Counted from the first letter of the stretch, positions 39,272-48,412 are shown. The stretch is DNA of 59,102 bases from Thermoanaerobaculia bacterium (GCA_017883265.1 JADGNX010000003.1:1-59102), one strand, 5' to 3'. The notes: generated from the sequence alone by a model not told the origin. Translations and numbers: made by a program.

Positions 39272-40069
39272 GTGAGCGGGACCGTACTCTACGTTTATGC
39301 GATCCGCGCGGAGGGTCCGTCAAGCGGTCGGGCCGCCGCCATTTCGCTGGCGACGGACGCGGTCGACCGCTCCCGTAATTTCAGATCGGTGACCGCGGCC
39401 GGACTGGCGGCCATCGTCACCCCGGTTCCGCTCGGCGAGTTCTCTCAGGAGGCGGTCGACCGCCGCGCAGGCGATCTCGAATGGCTCGGAGCGATTGGCT
39501 ATCGACATCAGGGGGTCATCATCGAGTTGATGAAGGAAGGGGATGTCCTCCCTCTCCGGGCATTCTCGCTTTTCAGCTCCGACACCATGCTCGGGCGCTA
39601 CCTGGAAGAGAACGCCGGGCGTCTCGGGAATGTGCTGCAGCGATTGGCCGGAAAGCGAGAGTGGACTCTGCGTGTCGAGTTCGATCCCGAGCCGTGGAAC
39701 GTTGCTCTGGGGCGACGGGTCTCTTCCCTCGCGGAGCTGACGAGGGAGATCGAGATCGCCGGCGCGGGGAAGAGCTTTCTCCTGCGAAAGAAGCTCGACG
39801 AAGAGAAGAAGCGGGTCTCGAGGCAGGCCGAGGAGCAGGTCGTATCGGAGATCGAGAGCTCGATTGTCGAGAAGCTGGCATGCCAGACCGTGGCGGAATC
39901 GCGCCAGCAGCGGGGCGGGGCATTCCCTCAGCTCAACGTTCTCATCAACCGGGACGAGGAATCTCTGCTGCAGGATCTGCAACTCGAGCTCACAGGCAGG
40001 TACCAGGGCGACGGAGTCTCCATCGCTCTGAGCGGACCGTGGCCGCCGTACACCTTCGCCCATGTCTGA
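39272..40069 (+). CDS. gvpL: Gas vesicle protein GvpL/GvpF family
   Basis: LYVYAI, DLEWL...HQGVI, VLPLR, GKSFL, SGPWPPYTF. Confidence 0.88.
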   Translation: MSGTVLYVYAIRAEGPSSGRAAAISLATDAVDRSRNFRSVTAAGLAAIVTPVPLGEFSQEAVDRRAGDLEWLGAIGYRHQGVIIELMKEGDVLPLRAFSLFSSDTMLGRYLEENAGRLGNVLQRLAGKREWTLRVEFDPEPWNVALGRRVSSLAELTREIEIAGAGKSFLLRKKLDEEKKRVSRQAEEQVVSEIESSIVEKLACQTVAESRQQRGGAFPQLNVLINRDEESLLQDLQLELTGRYQGDGVSIALSGPWPPYTFAHV

Positions 40070-40268
40070 CCGCAGCGAAGAATTGTCGCTTCTCGAAACC
40101 CTCGATCACCTTCTCGATCGCGGAGTGGTCATCGCCGGCGAGGCTACCATCTCCATCGGCGGAGTCGATCTCCTCTACCTCGGACTCAATGTCGTTCTGG
40201 CAAACATCGACACGCTGATGCGAGGCCGCGACATGAGGCTGGGCGTCGGGACGAAGAAGGTGGAGTGA
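40062..40268 (+). CDS. Gas vesicle protein of GvpA/J/M/S family (GvpS/GvpM-like)
   Basis: SLLETLDHLLDRGVVIAGEATISIGGVDLLYLGL. Confidence 0.85.
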   Translation: MSDRSEELSLLETLDHLLDRGVVIAGEATISIGGVDLLYLGLNVVLANIDTLMRGRDMRLGVGTKKVE

Positions 40269-40930
40269 GCATGGATGACGCCAGCCAGGCGGCGAAGCTG
40301 ATCGCCATCGGAATCCACGGCCAGCTCTCTGACATTCCGGATGGGGGAGAGGCTACGGCCGTCGGCGTCGGGAACGTTTTCGTCAGCGTTCTCGGAGTTC
40401 CGCATGAACAGCCGCTTGCCGATCGGGAGCTGCTGTTGCGCGTGGCCGGGATTCGCCGCCAGTTGCTGGAGTCGGCAACATTCATCGGCATCCGGTATGG
40501 CGCCGCCTTCTCCAGCGTTGAAGAGCTGAAGAGCCGGTTCATCGGACGCGTTGCGAACGCGGCGGAGATTCTCCGAATGCGTCGCGGTTGCGTGGAGATG
40601 ACCATGAAGTTCCCGGTGGGGGGGGCTGCTGCGCCACCCGATCGACACGATTTCTCGAGCGGAGGCGATTACCTGCGCGCTCTCCAGTTCCATCGCAAGG
40701 CGGCGAAGCTGGATCCGGAGTTCAGCACGCTCGTTGAGCAGCGCCTGGCCCCTCTGGCGGTGGAATTTCGCTGGCGTCCGCGCGACGCGTCGTCGGTCGA
40801 GCTCGTGGCGCTCATTCTGCGGGGAGAGACCGATCGATTTCGAGCTGCGGCGGAAACGTTGCGAGACAGCCGGCAGGCGTTTCTTCTTTCGGGTCCATGG
40901 CCGCTGGAGGTGTTCGGTGAAGCCGTCTGA
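40265..40930 (+). CDS. Divergent GvpL/GvpF family protein
   Basis: FIGIRYG, SGGDYLR, C-terminal LSGPWPLEVF; GTGA overlap with the preceding gvp gene. Confidence 0.75.
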   Translation: MSMDDASQAAKLIAIGIHGQLSDIPDGGEATAVGVGNVFVSVLGVPHEQPLADRELLLRVAGIRRQLLESATFIGIRYGAAFSSVEELKSRFIGRVANAAEILRMRRGCVEMTMKFPVGGAAAPPDRHDFSSGGDYLRALQFHRKAAKLDPEFSTLVEQRLAPLAVEFRWRPRDASSVELVALILRGETDRFRAAAETLRDSRQAFLLSGPWPLEVFGEAV

Positions 40931-41261
40931 GGCAGTGATCGTGAGCAACGATGAAGAGGCGCTGCTGCGGGAGCTGTCTTTCACAGATTCGGCGATTCCC
41001 GATCGTATCTCAGCGGATTCCGACTCGGTGGAAAATGGACTGGCTAAGCTGGTGCTATCGATCATCGAGCTGGTCCGTCGCCTTCTGGAAAAGCAGGCCC
41101 TCCGGCGCATGGACGCCGGCAACCTGAGCGAAGAAGAGATCGAGCAGCTCGGCTCCTCTCTGATGAAGCTCGAAGAGAAGATGCTGGAGATGAAGAAGGT
41201 TTTCGGGCTGGAGGGCGACGATCTGAACCTCTCGCTGGGCCCCATCCGGACTCTCGAGTAG
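40917..41261 (+). CDS. gvpK: Gas vesicle protein GvpK
   Basis: GLAKLVLSIIELVRRLLEKQALRRM..LSEEEIEQLG..L..DLNLSLGP; GTG start after GGAGG (40941 is an alternative). Confidence 0.93.
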   Translation: MKPSEAVIVSNDEEALLRELSFTDSAIPDRISADSDSVENGLAKLVLSIIELVRRLLEKQALRRMDAGNLSEEEIEQLGSSLMKLEEKMLEMKKVFGLEGDDLNLSLGPIRTLE

Positions 41262-41289
41262 AAGCTGAGGGCGCCTCGCATTCACCTCA

Positions 41290-41298
41290 TGCTATCGT
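41290..41298 (+). promoter_or_regulatory. Possible extended -10 internal promoter for gvpJ-gvpA
   Basis: TGCTATCGT in the 75-bp gap before gvpJ, followed by a strong RBS GAGGAGG. Confidence 0.35.
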
Positions 41299-41336
41299 TA
41301 CGCTCCGCGTACGCGAATTGATTGAGGAGGTCGGCC

Positions 41337-41693
41337 TTGGCTATCGAAGATCGAGGGCTTCAGCGGCAGCCGCAAGGGCTCGTCGACATCCTCGACAAGA
41401 TTCTCGATAAGGGACTGGTCGTCGCTGGTGACATCAAGGTTTCCCTGGCCAACGTCGAACTACTGACGATCCAGCTTCGACTGGTGATCTGTTCCATCGA
41501 CAAGGCTGAGGCTATCGGCATCAACTGGTGGCGAGCGGACAGGTTCTATTCGAGTGATGCAAGGGCTGAGCTGGCCTCGGGTCAGGATGTAAAGGCCCTC
41601 GAGCAGCGTATCAAGGAACTCGAGCAGCGCCTCGGAGCGAACGAGACTCCATCCGCATCGATTGAAACGAAAGAGAACACGAAAGGCAGGTAA
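41337..41693 (+). CDS. gvpJ: Gas vesicle protein GvpJ
   Basis: LVDILDKILDKGLVVAGDI..VELLTIQLRL..SIDKA..GINWW, then a coiled coil; TTG start. Confidence 0.9.
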   Translation: MAIEDRGLQRQPQGLVDILDKILDKGLVVAGDIKVSLANVELLTIQLRLVICSIDKAEAIGINWWRADRFYSSDARAELASGQDVKALEQRIKELEQRLGANETPSASIETKENTKGR

Positions 41694-41696
41694 ATC

Positions 41697-41981
41697 ATGG
41701 CCGTGGAACGGGCGCCAGGCGGCACCAGTCTCATCGACGTACTCGATCGCATCCTCGACAAAGGCATCGTCATCGACGCCTGGGTCCGCATCTCATTGGT
41801 GGGCATCGATCTGATCACTGTCGAGGCACGCATCGTCATCGCCTCGATCGATACCTACCTGAAGTACGCCGAAGCAGTCGGCATCACGGGAACGATCTCC
41901 CGCCCTGCCGTGTCGAGCGGCGAGGGTTCTGGAAGCATGGGCAGCTCGACGCCTGTGGCCAGCCGCGGAACCGTACCGTAG
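41697..41981 (+). CDS. gvpA: Major gas vesicle shell protein GvpA
   Basis: [57 protein letters not shown]. Confidence 0.96.
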   Translation: MAVERAPGGTSLIDVLDRILDKGIVIDAWVRISLVGIDLITVEARIVIASIDTYLKYAEAVGITGTISRPAVSSGEGSGSMGSSTPVASRGTVP

Positions 41982-42008
41982 CGCAAAGATTGCGCGCGGT
42001 GCGGCTTT

Positions 42009-42095
42009 AGTGGCGGGGCACCCGCTCTCGGATCCGCGCGTTGAACCACCGCTCGCCGCCCTCCCCTCGGCGGCCGAAGCGACCGCCGCTCCACT
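42009..42095. repeat. REP-like family B doublet element (~87 bp), homolog of 37197-37287
   Basis: AGTGGCGGGGCACCCGCTC...GAACC...GGCGGCCGAAGCGACCGCCGCTCCACT. Confidence 0.8.
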
Positions 42096-42137
42096 CGTTG
42101 CGGGGCCGCACTATGGCACCGCCCCGCAGGCATCGCG

Positions 42138-44168
42138 TCATTTCTTCAGGAAGCCATCGAGCCAGCCGGTGACCGTCTGGTACCAGAGCCGCGAGTTCTG
42201 CGGCTTGAGCACCCAGTGACCTTCGTCGGGGAAATAGAGAAAGCGCGACGTGACTCCGCGGCGCTGCAGCGCCGTGAAGAGCTCCATACCCTGGCTGACC
42301 GGAACGCGGTAATCGAGCTCTCCGTGGACCACCAGTGTCGGTGTCTTGAAGTTCTTCGCGAAGCGATTGGGCGACCACTTCTGATAGAGCTCCGGGTTGT
42401 CCCACGGGTTGCCGCGGAACTCCCACTCCGGGAACCAGAGCTCCTCGGTCGACCCATACATCGCTTCGAGGTTGTAGACGCCGTCGTGCGTGACCAGAGC
42501 CTTGAAGCGGTCGGTGTGCCCGAGAATCCAGTCGATCATGTAGCCGCCGTAGGATGCTCCCGCGGCGCCGATCCGGTCCGGATAGACGTACGGCATCGCA
42601 GCCAGCTTATCGACGCCGTTCATGATGTCGGTGTAGGCCTTGCCACCCCAGTCGCCGGAGATTTCCTCGACGAACTTCTGGCCATAGCCAGTCGAGCCGC
42701 GTTGGTTCGGCATCAGAACGACGTAGCCCGCCGCCGCGAACATCTGCGGATTCCAGCGGTAGCCCCATGCGTCGTTCCATGCTCCCTGCGGGCCGCCGTG
42801 GATCAGTACGAGCCCCGGGTATTTCGTGTGGGCGTCGAAGTTTGGCGGCTTGATTATCAGCGCTTGAACATTGGCGCTTTCCGCCCCCGTGTACCAGATA
42901 TCCGAGGTCTCTCCCATCTGGATAGCGGAGAGGAGCCCGTCGTTGTCATGCGTCAATTGTGTAGCGGAACCGCCGCTCCGCGCGACGGAGAAGAGATCGG
43001 CAGGACGAGTCAACGACGAACGTGCGAAGAAAAGCGTACGACCATCCGGGCTGACCAAAACAGAGTCCGACGATCCTTCACCGTAGATGCGTCGGAGCGC
43101 ACCGCCTGGCAGTGAGACCTCGAAGATCGGCTGCTTCGACTTCTCCTCGGCAGTGATGAAGATCGACTTGCTGTCGGGGGCCCAGGTAATGGAAGAGACG
43201 CCGTTCTCCAGCGTCTTCGCCGTGCGGGTGATCGCGCCTGTCGATCGGTTGTAGAGCGTCAGCTCCCACAGATCGGATTCATATCCCGCCCGGGCCTGGG
43301 AGATGTAGGCGATCCACTTGCCGTCCGGCGAGTAATGCGGCGAGGTATCGCCGCCCTTTCGCGTGGTGATGCGCCGGCTCAGGCCTCCTGCGGTCGGAAC
43401 CAGGAAGAGATCGCTGTTGGTCGAGACTTCCTGATGGTCCTCGACGTTGCGCGTGTAGACGACCTCTTTTCCGTCCGGTGAAATGTCGAATTCGTCGCCG
43501 CCACCCAGCGAGAAGAAGGGAGCGTCAAACCTGCCCTGAGTCAGATCGACCGGATTGCCACGGAGCGGCACGTAAAGGATGTGGCTTCTCGTCGGCCCCT
43601 GCCAGCTCTTCCAGTGCCGGTAGAGAAGCGAGTCGATGACGCGCGCCTTGACCGGGTTGGCGTCGGCCAGGTCCATGCGGCTCTTCGCGCATTGCGGGTC
43701 TACACCGCAATCAGGATAGATGTCGGACGTGGCCAGCAGGGCCGAGCCGTCCGGTACCCAGCGAATGGCGGATGCCCCACCAGGAAGGGTCGAGACTTTG
43801 GTCAGTGATCCGCTGGCGACGTCGGCCAGATAGATCTGAGTCGTGTCGCCGTCCCGATCGGATACAAAGGCGATGAACTTGCCGTCCGGCGACCACATCG
43901 GACTCTGATCCAGATGCCCCTCGTCAGTCAGCCGTCTGGAAGCCCCGCCAGCTGCAGGGATCAGAAAAAGCGAACTTCTATTCTTGTTAGCCGCAAGGTC
44001 AGGAGTGGTGCCGACGTAGGCCAGCCACTGACCGTCGGGCGAAAGTTGAGGTGAGCCGATGCGCCGGATGCTCGCCATGTCGTTGAATGTCATCGGGTGC
44101 GTTGTCGTCTGTGCCGGTAGCGTGGCGGCGAGGGTCATCATCGACGCAGCTACGATCAGTCTCTTCAT
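42138..44168 (-). CDS. Secreted S9 family peptidase with TolB/PD40 propeller
   Basis: Signal peptide, SPDG repeats, IHGGP, GASYGG, HGELDYRV, FPDEGH. Confidence 0.95.
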   Translation of the reverse strand: MKRLIVAASMMTLAATLPAQTTTHPMTFNDMASIRRIGSPQLSPDGQWLAYVGTTPDLAANKNRSSLFLIPAAGGASRRLTDEGHLDQSPMWSPDGKFIAFVSDRDGDTTQIYLADVASGSLTKVSTLPGGASAIRWVPDGSALLATSDIYPDCGVDPQCAKSRMDLADANPVKARVIDSLLYRHWKSWQGPTRSHILYVPLRGNPVDLTQGRFDAPFFSLGGGDEFDISPDGKEVVYTRNVEDHQEVSTNSDLFLVPTAGGLSRRITTRKGGDTSPHYSPDGKWIAYISQARAGYESDLWELTLYNRSTGAITRTAKTLENGVSSITWAPDSKSIFITAEEKSKQPIFEVSLPGGALRRIYGEGSSDSVLVSPDGRTLFFARSSLTRPADLFSVARSGGSATQLTHDNDGLLSAIQMGETSDIWYTGAESANVQALIIKPPNFDAHTKYPGLVLIHGGPQGAWNDAWGYRWNPQMFAAAGYVVLMPNQRGSTGYGQKFVEEISGDWGGKAYTDIMNGVDKLAAMPYVYPDRIGAAGASYGGYMIDWILGHTDRFKALVTHDGVYNLEAMYGSTEELWFPEWEFRGNPWDNPELYQKWSPNRFAKNFKTPTLVVHGELDYRVPVSQGMELFTALQRRGVTSRFLYFPDEGHWVLKPQNSRLWYQTVTGWLDGFLKK

Positions 44169-44240
44169 GAAGCTCCTTTCGGCGCGGCCTCATATGCTCC
44201 CACCGCGCGAATGGGAAACAATATCAGAGGCGGAAAAAGA

Positions 44241-44334
44241 AAGAGTAAAGGGTGAAGATTGAAGAGTGAAAGCGCTTTGCGGCCGGGTTGCTTCTTTCCG
44301 CGGCCCCATTTCACTCTTCACCCTTCGCTCATCA
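44241..44334. repeat. Inverted heptamer tandem repeats (AAGAGTG)n / (CACTCTT)n
   Basis: AAGAGTA AAGGGTG AAGATTG AAGAGTG ... CACTCTT CACCCTT. Confidence 0.7.
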
Positions 44335-44406
44335 TGAAGTCCTCACTTGAAACTTGAGACCCGAACCGCCACACTCCAGAGACAAGTCCGCTAACCGGAG
44401 ACCCAT

Positions 44407-45225
44407 ATGACCACGACTCTCATTGAATCCGCAGCCACCAACGCAGTGGCCGCAGCCGATCCGTTCATCCTCGGCGGGCGCACCTTTCAGTCGCGACTGA
44501 TCGTCGGTACGGGCAAGTACGCGACGATGGACCTCATGGCCAGGTCGCTGGAGGCATCGGGTGCCGAGGTGGTGACGGTCGCAGTCCGCCGGACCTCGAT
44601 CGCCGACCCCAGCCAGCCGCGTCTGTTCGACTATCTCGACCCTAAGAAATACTTTCTCCTCCCGAATACCGCGGGTTGCTACACCGCCGAGGACGCCATT
44701 CGATATGCGCGTCTGGGACGCGAAGTCGGTCTCTCCGATTGGGTGAAGCTCGAAGTCATCGGGGATCAGAAGACGCTCTTTCCTGACAACGCGGGCCTCC
44801 TGGAGGCGGCTGAAGTCCTGATTCGAGAGGGATTTACGGTCCTGCCGTATACGAATGATGATCCGATCGTCTGCCGGCGGCTTGAGGATCTCGGTTGCGC
44901 CGCGGTCATGCCGCTTGGTGCGCCGATCGGTTCGGGCCTCGGAATCCGCAACAAGACGAACATCAGGATCATCAAAGAGTTCGCGGGCGTCCCAGTGATT
45001 GTCGATGCCGGCGTCGGCACCGCATCCGATGCCACCGTTGCCATGGAGCTCGGGATCGACGCCGTGCTGATGAACACCGGAATCGCCGGCGCCGGGGATC
45101 CCGTAGCGATGGCTACGGCGATGAACTACGGCGTCAAGGCGGGGCGGTTGGCCTGGCGTGCAGGACGGATCGGCCGCAAGCTCTACGCGACGGCTTCCAG
45201 CCCGCTGACGGGCATGATCGAGTAG
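44407..45225 (+). CDS. thiG: Thiazole synthase
   Basis: [42 protein letters not shown]. Confidence 0.97.
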   Translation: MTTTLIESAATNAVAAADPFILGGRTFQSRLIVGTGKYATMDLMARSLEASGAEVVTVAVRRTSIADPSQPRLFDYLDPKKYFLLPNTAGCYTAEDAIRYARLGREVGLSDWVKLEVIGDQKTLFPDNAGLLEAAEVLIREGFTVLPYTNDDPIVCRRLEDLGCAAVMPLGAPIGSGLGIRNKTNIRIIKEFAGVPVIVDAGVGTASDATVAMELGIDAVLMNTGIAGAGDPVAMATAMNYGVKAGRLAWRAGRIGRKLYATASSPLTGMIE

Positions 45226-45237
45226 ATCCGCGTCGCG

Positions 45238-46761
45238 TCACCCGGCGGAGGCTTGTCTTACGATCGCTACCGATCCAGCGATCATGATCAGCACGATCGG
45301 CAGGAGTGAGGTGGCGTGTCCCGGACCGAAGAACGGCTCGCCCAGGTTGAAGCTCGCCCACTCGCTGGCCGCTCCGTCTGGCGGGGCGGTGACGAAGGGC
45401 GCCGGCTCGTCGGCCGCCACCCGATTCACGGAGGTGTGGCCGGTGAAGGTCGCGGCACTCCACGGCGGCGTGATTGGCACTCTGCTCGAGAAGTGACCAG
45501 TGAAGAGCAAAGGGAGGATGTACTGCTCCATGGGCCGGGGAATCGAGCCTGACGGCTGGGGGTCGACGGCTACGGCTGCGAAATTGAAAAAGATCGACAG
45601 TGCCCCGATCGCGACGGCCAGGCGACGCAAGCCGCCCCTCACCTCGAGAATCATCAGTCCGAGAAATGGAATGGCGATGACCAGATATCGCGATCCGATT
45701 CCGAACCCCCCTTCCCAACCGTTGAATCCGGCGTTGAAGAGAATCCAGAAGGCGATCAGCAACGTGATCAGACGCAGTTCCGCGATGGCGCGCCGGCTGC
45801 GATTCCAGAACAGGGCGCCCGCGATGGCCGTGAGCAGGACCGGAGCAAAGTAGAACAAGCCGCGGTAGGGGGAGAACGTGATGCCCCAGAGCGCGTCCCA
45901 TTGAGGCAGACGAAGAATGCCGAGGAGGGCCTGCTTCGATACGAACCGGGCATCCATGGTGTCGATCGGCGTGCGGAAAAACCCGCCGCAGGTGATCTTC
46001 TGGTAGACGGCCAACGCCAGAAGCGGCGGAAGGGCCCCGAGCGCGCACAGGCCGACGGCATGCGCGCTGTCTCCCGTCCGGCGTCGCCTGAGAATCGCCA
46101 GCAGGGCAAGAACACCAAGAGCCGGGACGCAAAGGTAGTTGGTCAGGGCGCTGGTTCCGGCAGCCAGTCCAGCTCCGACGAGACGGCGAGGGGAGACGGG
46201 ATGATCATTTGTTTCAGGCAGAAGGGCGAAACCGAGGAAGAGGAATGCGGCGCTCGGCACGTGGGCCATGAGTACGGTGGAGTACGCCCAGAGCTGCGTG
46301 CCGAGCGCGAGGAGCAGGGAGACTGCCGCTGCCCACAGCGGCTCGACCTGACGCCGTCGCGCCAGGCGAAAGAGCAGCATGGGGATCAGAGCGCCGGTGA
46401 GCCCGCAGGTCACGAGCGTGCAGACGTAGCAGTTGAACGTCTTGACGATCGATGTGTCTGGATCGGTTCCAGCCGCTCGCTCCGCCGCGTACAACAGCGC
46501 ATAGGGGGCGGCAGCCAGGAACGACGCCCCCGGACTCTTGTTCGCGTAGGTGTGACCGCCCCAGGTGGAGATGTCGCCCGAGCTCCGCTGAAGACCATCC
46601 AGAGCGAAGGTATGCCGCTCGACAATGGCTCGGGTCAGATCGAACTGCGCGTTCTGATTCCACCCTCCGCCGGCATAGAAGTATGAGTAGCAGACGAACG
46701 AGAGAAGGAAGAGCCTGACGCTGATCTGGCGGTCGACGAGCGACAGCGCGGGTGTGGCCAC
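45238..46761 (-). CDS. Polytopic membrane protein, GT-C glycosyltransferase-like
   Basis: NAQFDLTRAIVE..YANKSPGASFLA, SPYRGLFYFAP, WEGG..GSRYL; many TM helices; start approximate. Confidence 0.65.
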   Translation of the reverse strand: MATPALSLVDRQISVRLFLLSFVCYSYFYAGGGWNQNAQFDLTRAIVERHTFALDGLQRSSGDISTWGGHTYANKSPGASFLAAAPYALLYAAERAAGTDPDTSIVKTFNCYVCTLVTCGLTGALIPMLLFRLARRRQVEPLWAAAVSLLLALGTQLWAYSTVLMAHVPSAAFLFLGFALLPETNDHPVSPRRLVGAGLAAGTSALTNYLCVPALGVLALLAILRRRRTGDSAHAVGLCALGALPPLLALAVYQKITCGGFFRTPIDTMDARFVSKQALLGILRLPQWDALWGITFSPYRGLFYFAPVLLTAIAGALFWNRSRRAIAELRLITLLIAFWILFNAGFNGWEGGFGIGSRYLVIAIPFLGLMILEVRGGLRRLAVAIGALSIFFNFAAVAVDPQPSGSIPRPMEQYILPLLFTGHFSSRVPITPPWSAATFTGHTSVNRVAADEPAPFVTAPPDGAASEWASFNLGEPFFGPGHATSLLPIVLIMIAGSVAIVRQASAG

Positions 46762-46862
46762 GCCGTCGATTGTACGGCTGCTTGACGGCGCATCCGTGGA
46801 GATGCGACGGTATGCGCTTCGAAAACGCCAGGCGATAGATCGAGGCGGATCGAGGAGGCACC

Positions 46863-47252
46863 ATGACCAGACCACTATCCATCTCCCGGATCATGCAGCT
46901 TGCCGTCAACGTTCAGGATCTGGCGCGTGCGACTGCCTTTTATCGCGACGTGCTCGGGCTGCCCCTGCTGTTCGAGGTCCCGACGATCTCATTTTTCGAT
47001 TGCGGCGGAGTCCGACTGATGCTGACCAGAGCGGAGACGCCGGAGCTCGACCACCCCTCCTCCATCATCTATTTTCAGGTCGACGATATCCGCTCGTCCT
47101 TTGAGGCCCTGCGGGAGTGCAACGTGAAGACCGTGTCCGAGCCGAGTCTGATCGCGCGAATGGAGGACCGCGAGGTCTGGATTGCCGCCTTCCGCGATTC
47201 GGAAGAGAATCTGCTGGCTCTGATGAGCGAGCCGCCGATCGATGTTCCGTGA
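46863..47252 (+). CDS. VOC/glyoxalase family protein
   Basis: QLAVNVQDL.RA.AFYRDVLGL, FRDSEENLL; RBS GAGGAGG. Confidence 0.9.
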   Translation: MTRPLSISRIMQLAVNVQDLARATAFYRDVLGLPLLFEVPTISFFDCGGVRLMLTRAETPELDHPSSIIYFQVDDIRSSFEALRECNVKTVSEPSLIARMEDREVWIAAFRDSEENLLALMSEPPIDVP

Positions 47253-47374
47253 CAGGTCCGGACCGGCGATTGATCGGTGGACGGGGCTGAGACTGACAGG
47301 CGACGGACAAGCGATCAGCGGATCGTGGGTGGCGCCTGGTTGATCGCAACGTGGCCGGGAGAGTGAGGAAGGAA

Positions 47375-47599
47375 ATGGCGACGAAAGCGGTGAAGGATCC
47401 TGAAGAAAAGAAGGGAACCCGCCGGATTCCGATCTTTTTGAGTGAGGAACAGATCGCGTGGCTCAAAAAGGATAAGGATGGAGCTTCGGCGGCCGTCCGG
47501 GCCCTGATCGCGGAGGCCATGGCCATGGAGAATCTCGCCCGCAGCGTAGGCAAGACCCGCAGCGCAGGCAAGAAAGGCGCGGTCCGAAAGAAGAAGTAG
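47375..47599 (+). CDS. Small basic protein, ribbon-helix-helix-like
   Basis: RRIPIFLSEEQIAWL...GASAAVRALIAEAM with a Lys-rich tail. Confidence 0.6.
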   Translation: MATKAVKDPEEKKGTRRIPIFLSEEQIAWLKKDKDGASAAVRALIAEAMAMENLARSVGKTRSAGKKGAVRKKK

Positions 47600-47611
47600 A
47601 AAGGCGGAGGG

Positions 47612-48412
47612 TCAGGTCTGCTCGGAATTGCTGACCGCCCTCAGCTGATCGCGCCGTTGGAGCATCTGGGCGATGATGCTTACGGCGATCTCGTACGGAT
47701 GTCTCGTGCCGACCTCGAGGCCGATGGGACAGATGAACGCTTCCTGCAGGTCGGGAGAAAGGCCTGCTTCCGCCATGTCGCGTCTGAGAGCGATCGCTTT
47801 GGAGTGGCTGCCGATCGCGCCGAGGTAGGGAAATCCGCGGGTTCGGAGAATCTCGAGGAGGATCGGTTTATCGGTCGTGTGGCCCATCGTCATCAGGACC
47901 ACGAATGCGTCATCGGGCAGGGCACTGACCATTCCAGGCATGTCCGCGGCCACCTTGGTCTCGAGCTTCTCCGACAGGGGAAGACGGTCGATCCACTCCT
48001 GTCGGGGATCGATGCAGAGAATGTGGCAGTCGAAGTGGACCAGCAACGATACCAGGGCGTTGGCCACATGGCCGGCTCCGAAGACCACGATGTTCCAGCG
48101 TCCGAAGTTATGAGCCTCGAAGTAGAGCTTAACGATTCCTCCGCAGGTCATGCCGACGTCCTTGTTCAGATTCCACGCAGCGAATTGTGTCGCGCGCCGG
48201 CCGGTACCGGCCAGCATCTTCTGCGCTTCTGCGATCGCCTTCGTCTCTACCTTGCCGCCGCCGACCGTTCCCCAATGGCGGCCGCCGGAAGTCACGATCA
48301 TCTTCGCGCCCGGGTCCTGCGGCGCACTCCCCGCCGTGTCGACCACGGTGACGGTGACGAGAGGCTCGCCGGTTGCCATGAGCTCGTTGAGTGTTTCGAA
48401 GAACGTGGGCAT
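47612..48412 (-). CDS. xdhC: Xanthine dehydrogenase accessory protein
   Basis: GSAPQDPGAKM, GTVGGG, GMTCGG, FGAGHVA, YLGAIGS, CPIGL. Confidence 0.9.
   Translation of the reverse strand: MPTFFETLNELMATGEPLVTVTVVDTAGSAPQDPGAKMIVTSGGRHWGTVGGGKVETKAIAEAQKMLAGTGRRATQFAAWNLNKDVGMTCGGIVKLYFEAHNFGRWNIVVFGAGHVANALVSLLVHFDCHILCIDPRQEWIDRLPLSEKLETKVAADMPGMVSALPDDAFVVLMTMGHTTDKPILLEILRTRGFPYLGAIGSHSKAIALRRDMAEAGLSPDLQEAFICPIGLEVGTRHPYEIAVSIIAQMLQRRDQLRAVSNSEQT

Noticed and set aside
44169-44406. TPP riboswitch upstream of thiG
   Set aside because: The conserved CTGAGA and CCTGA...GCG(T/A)AGG core was not found by eye; the region is explained by heptamer repeats.
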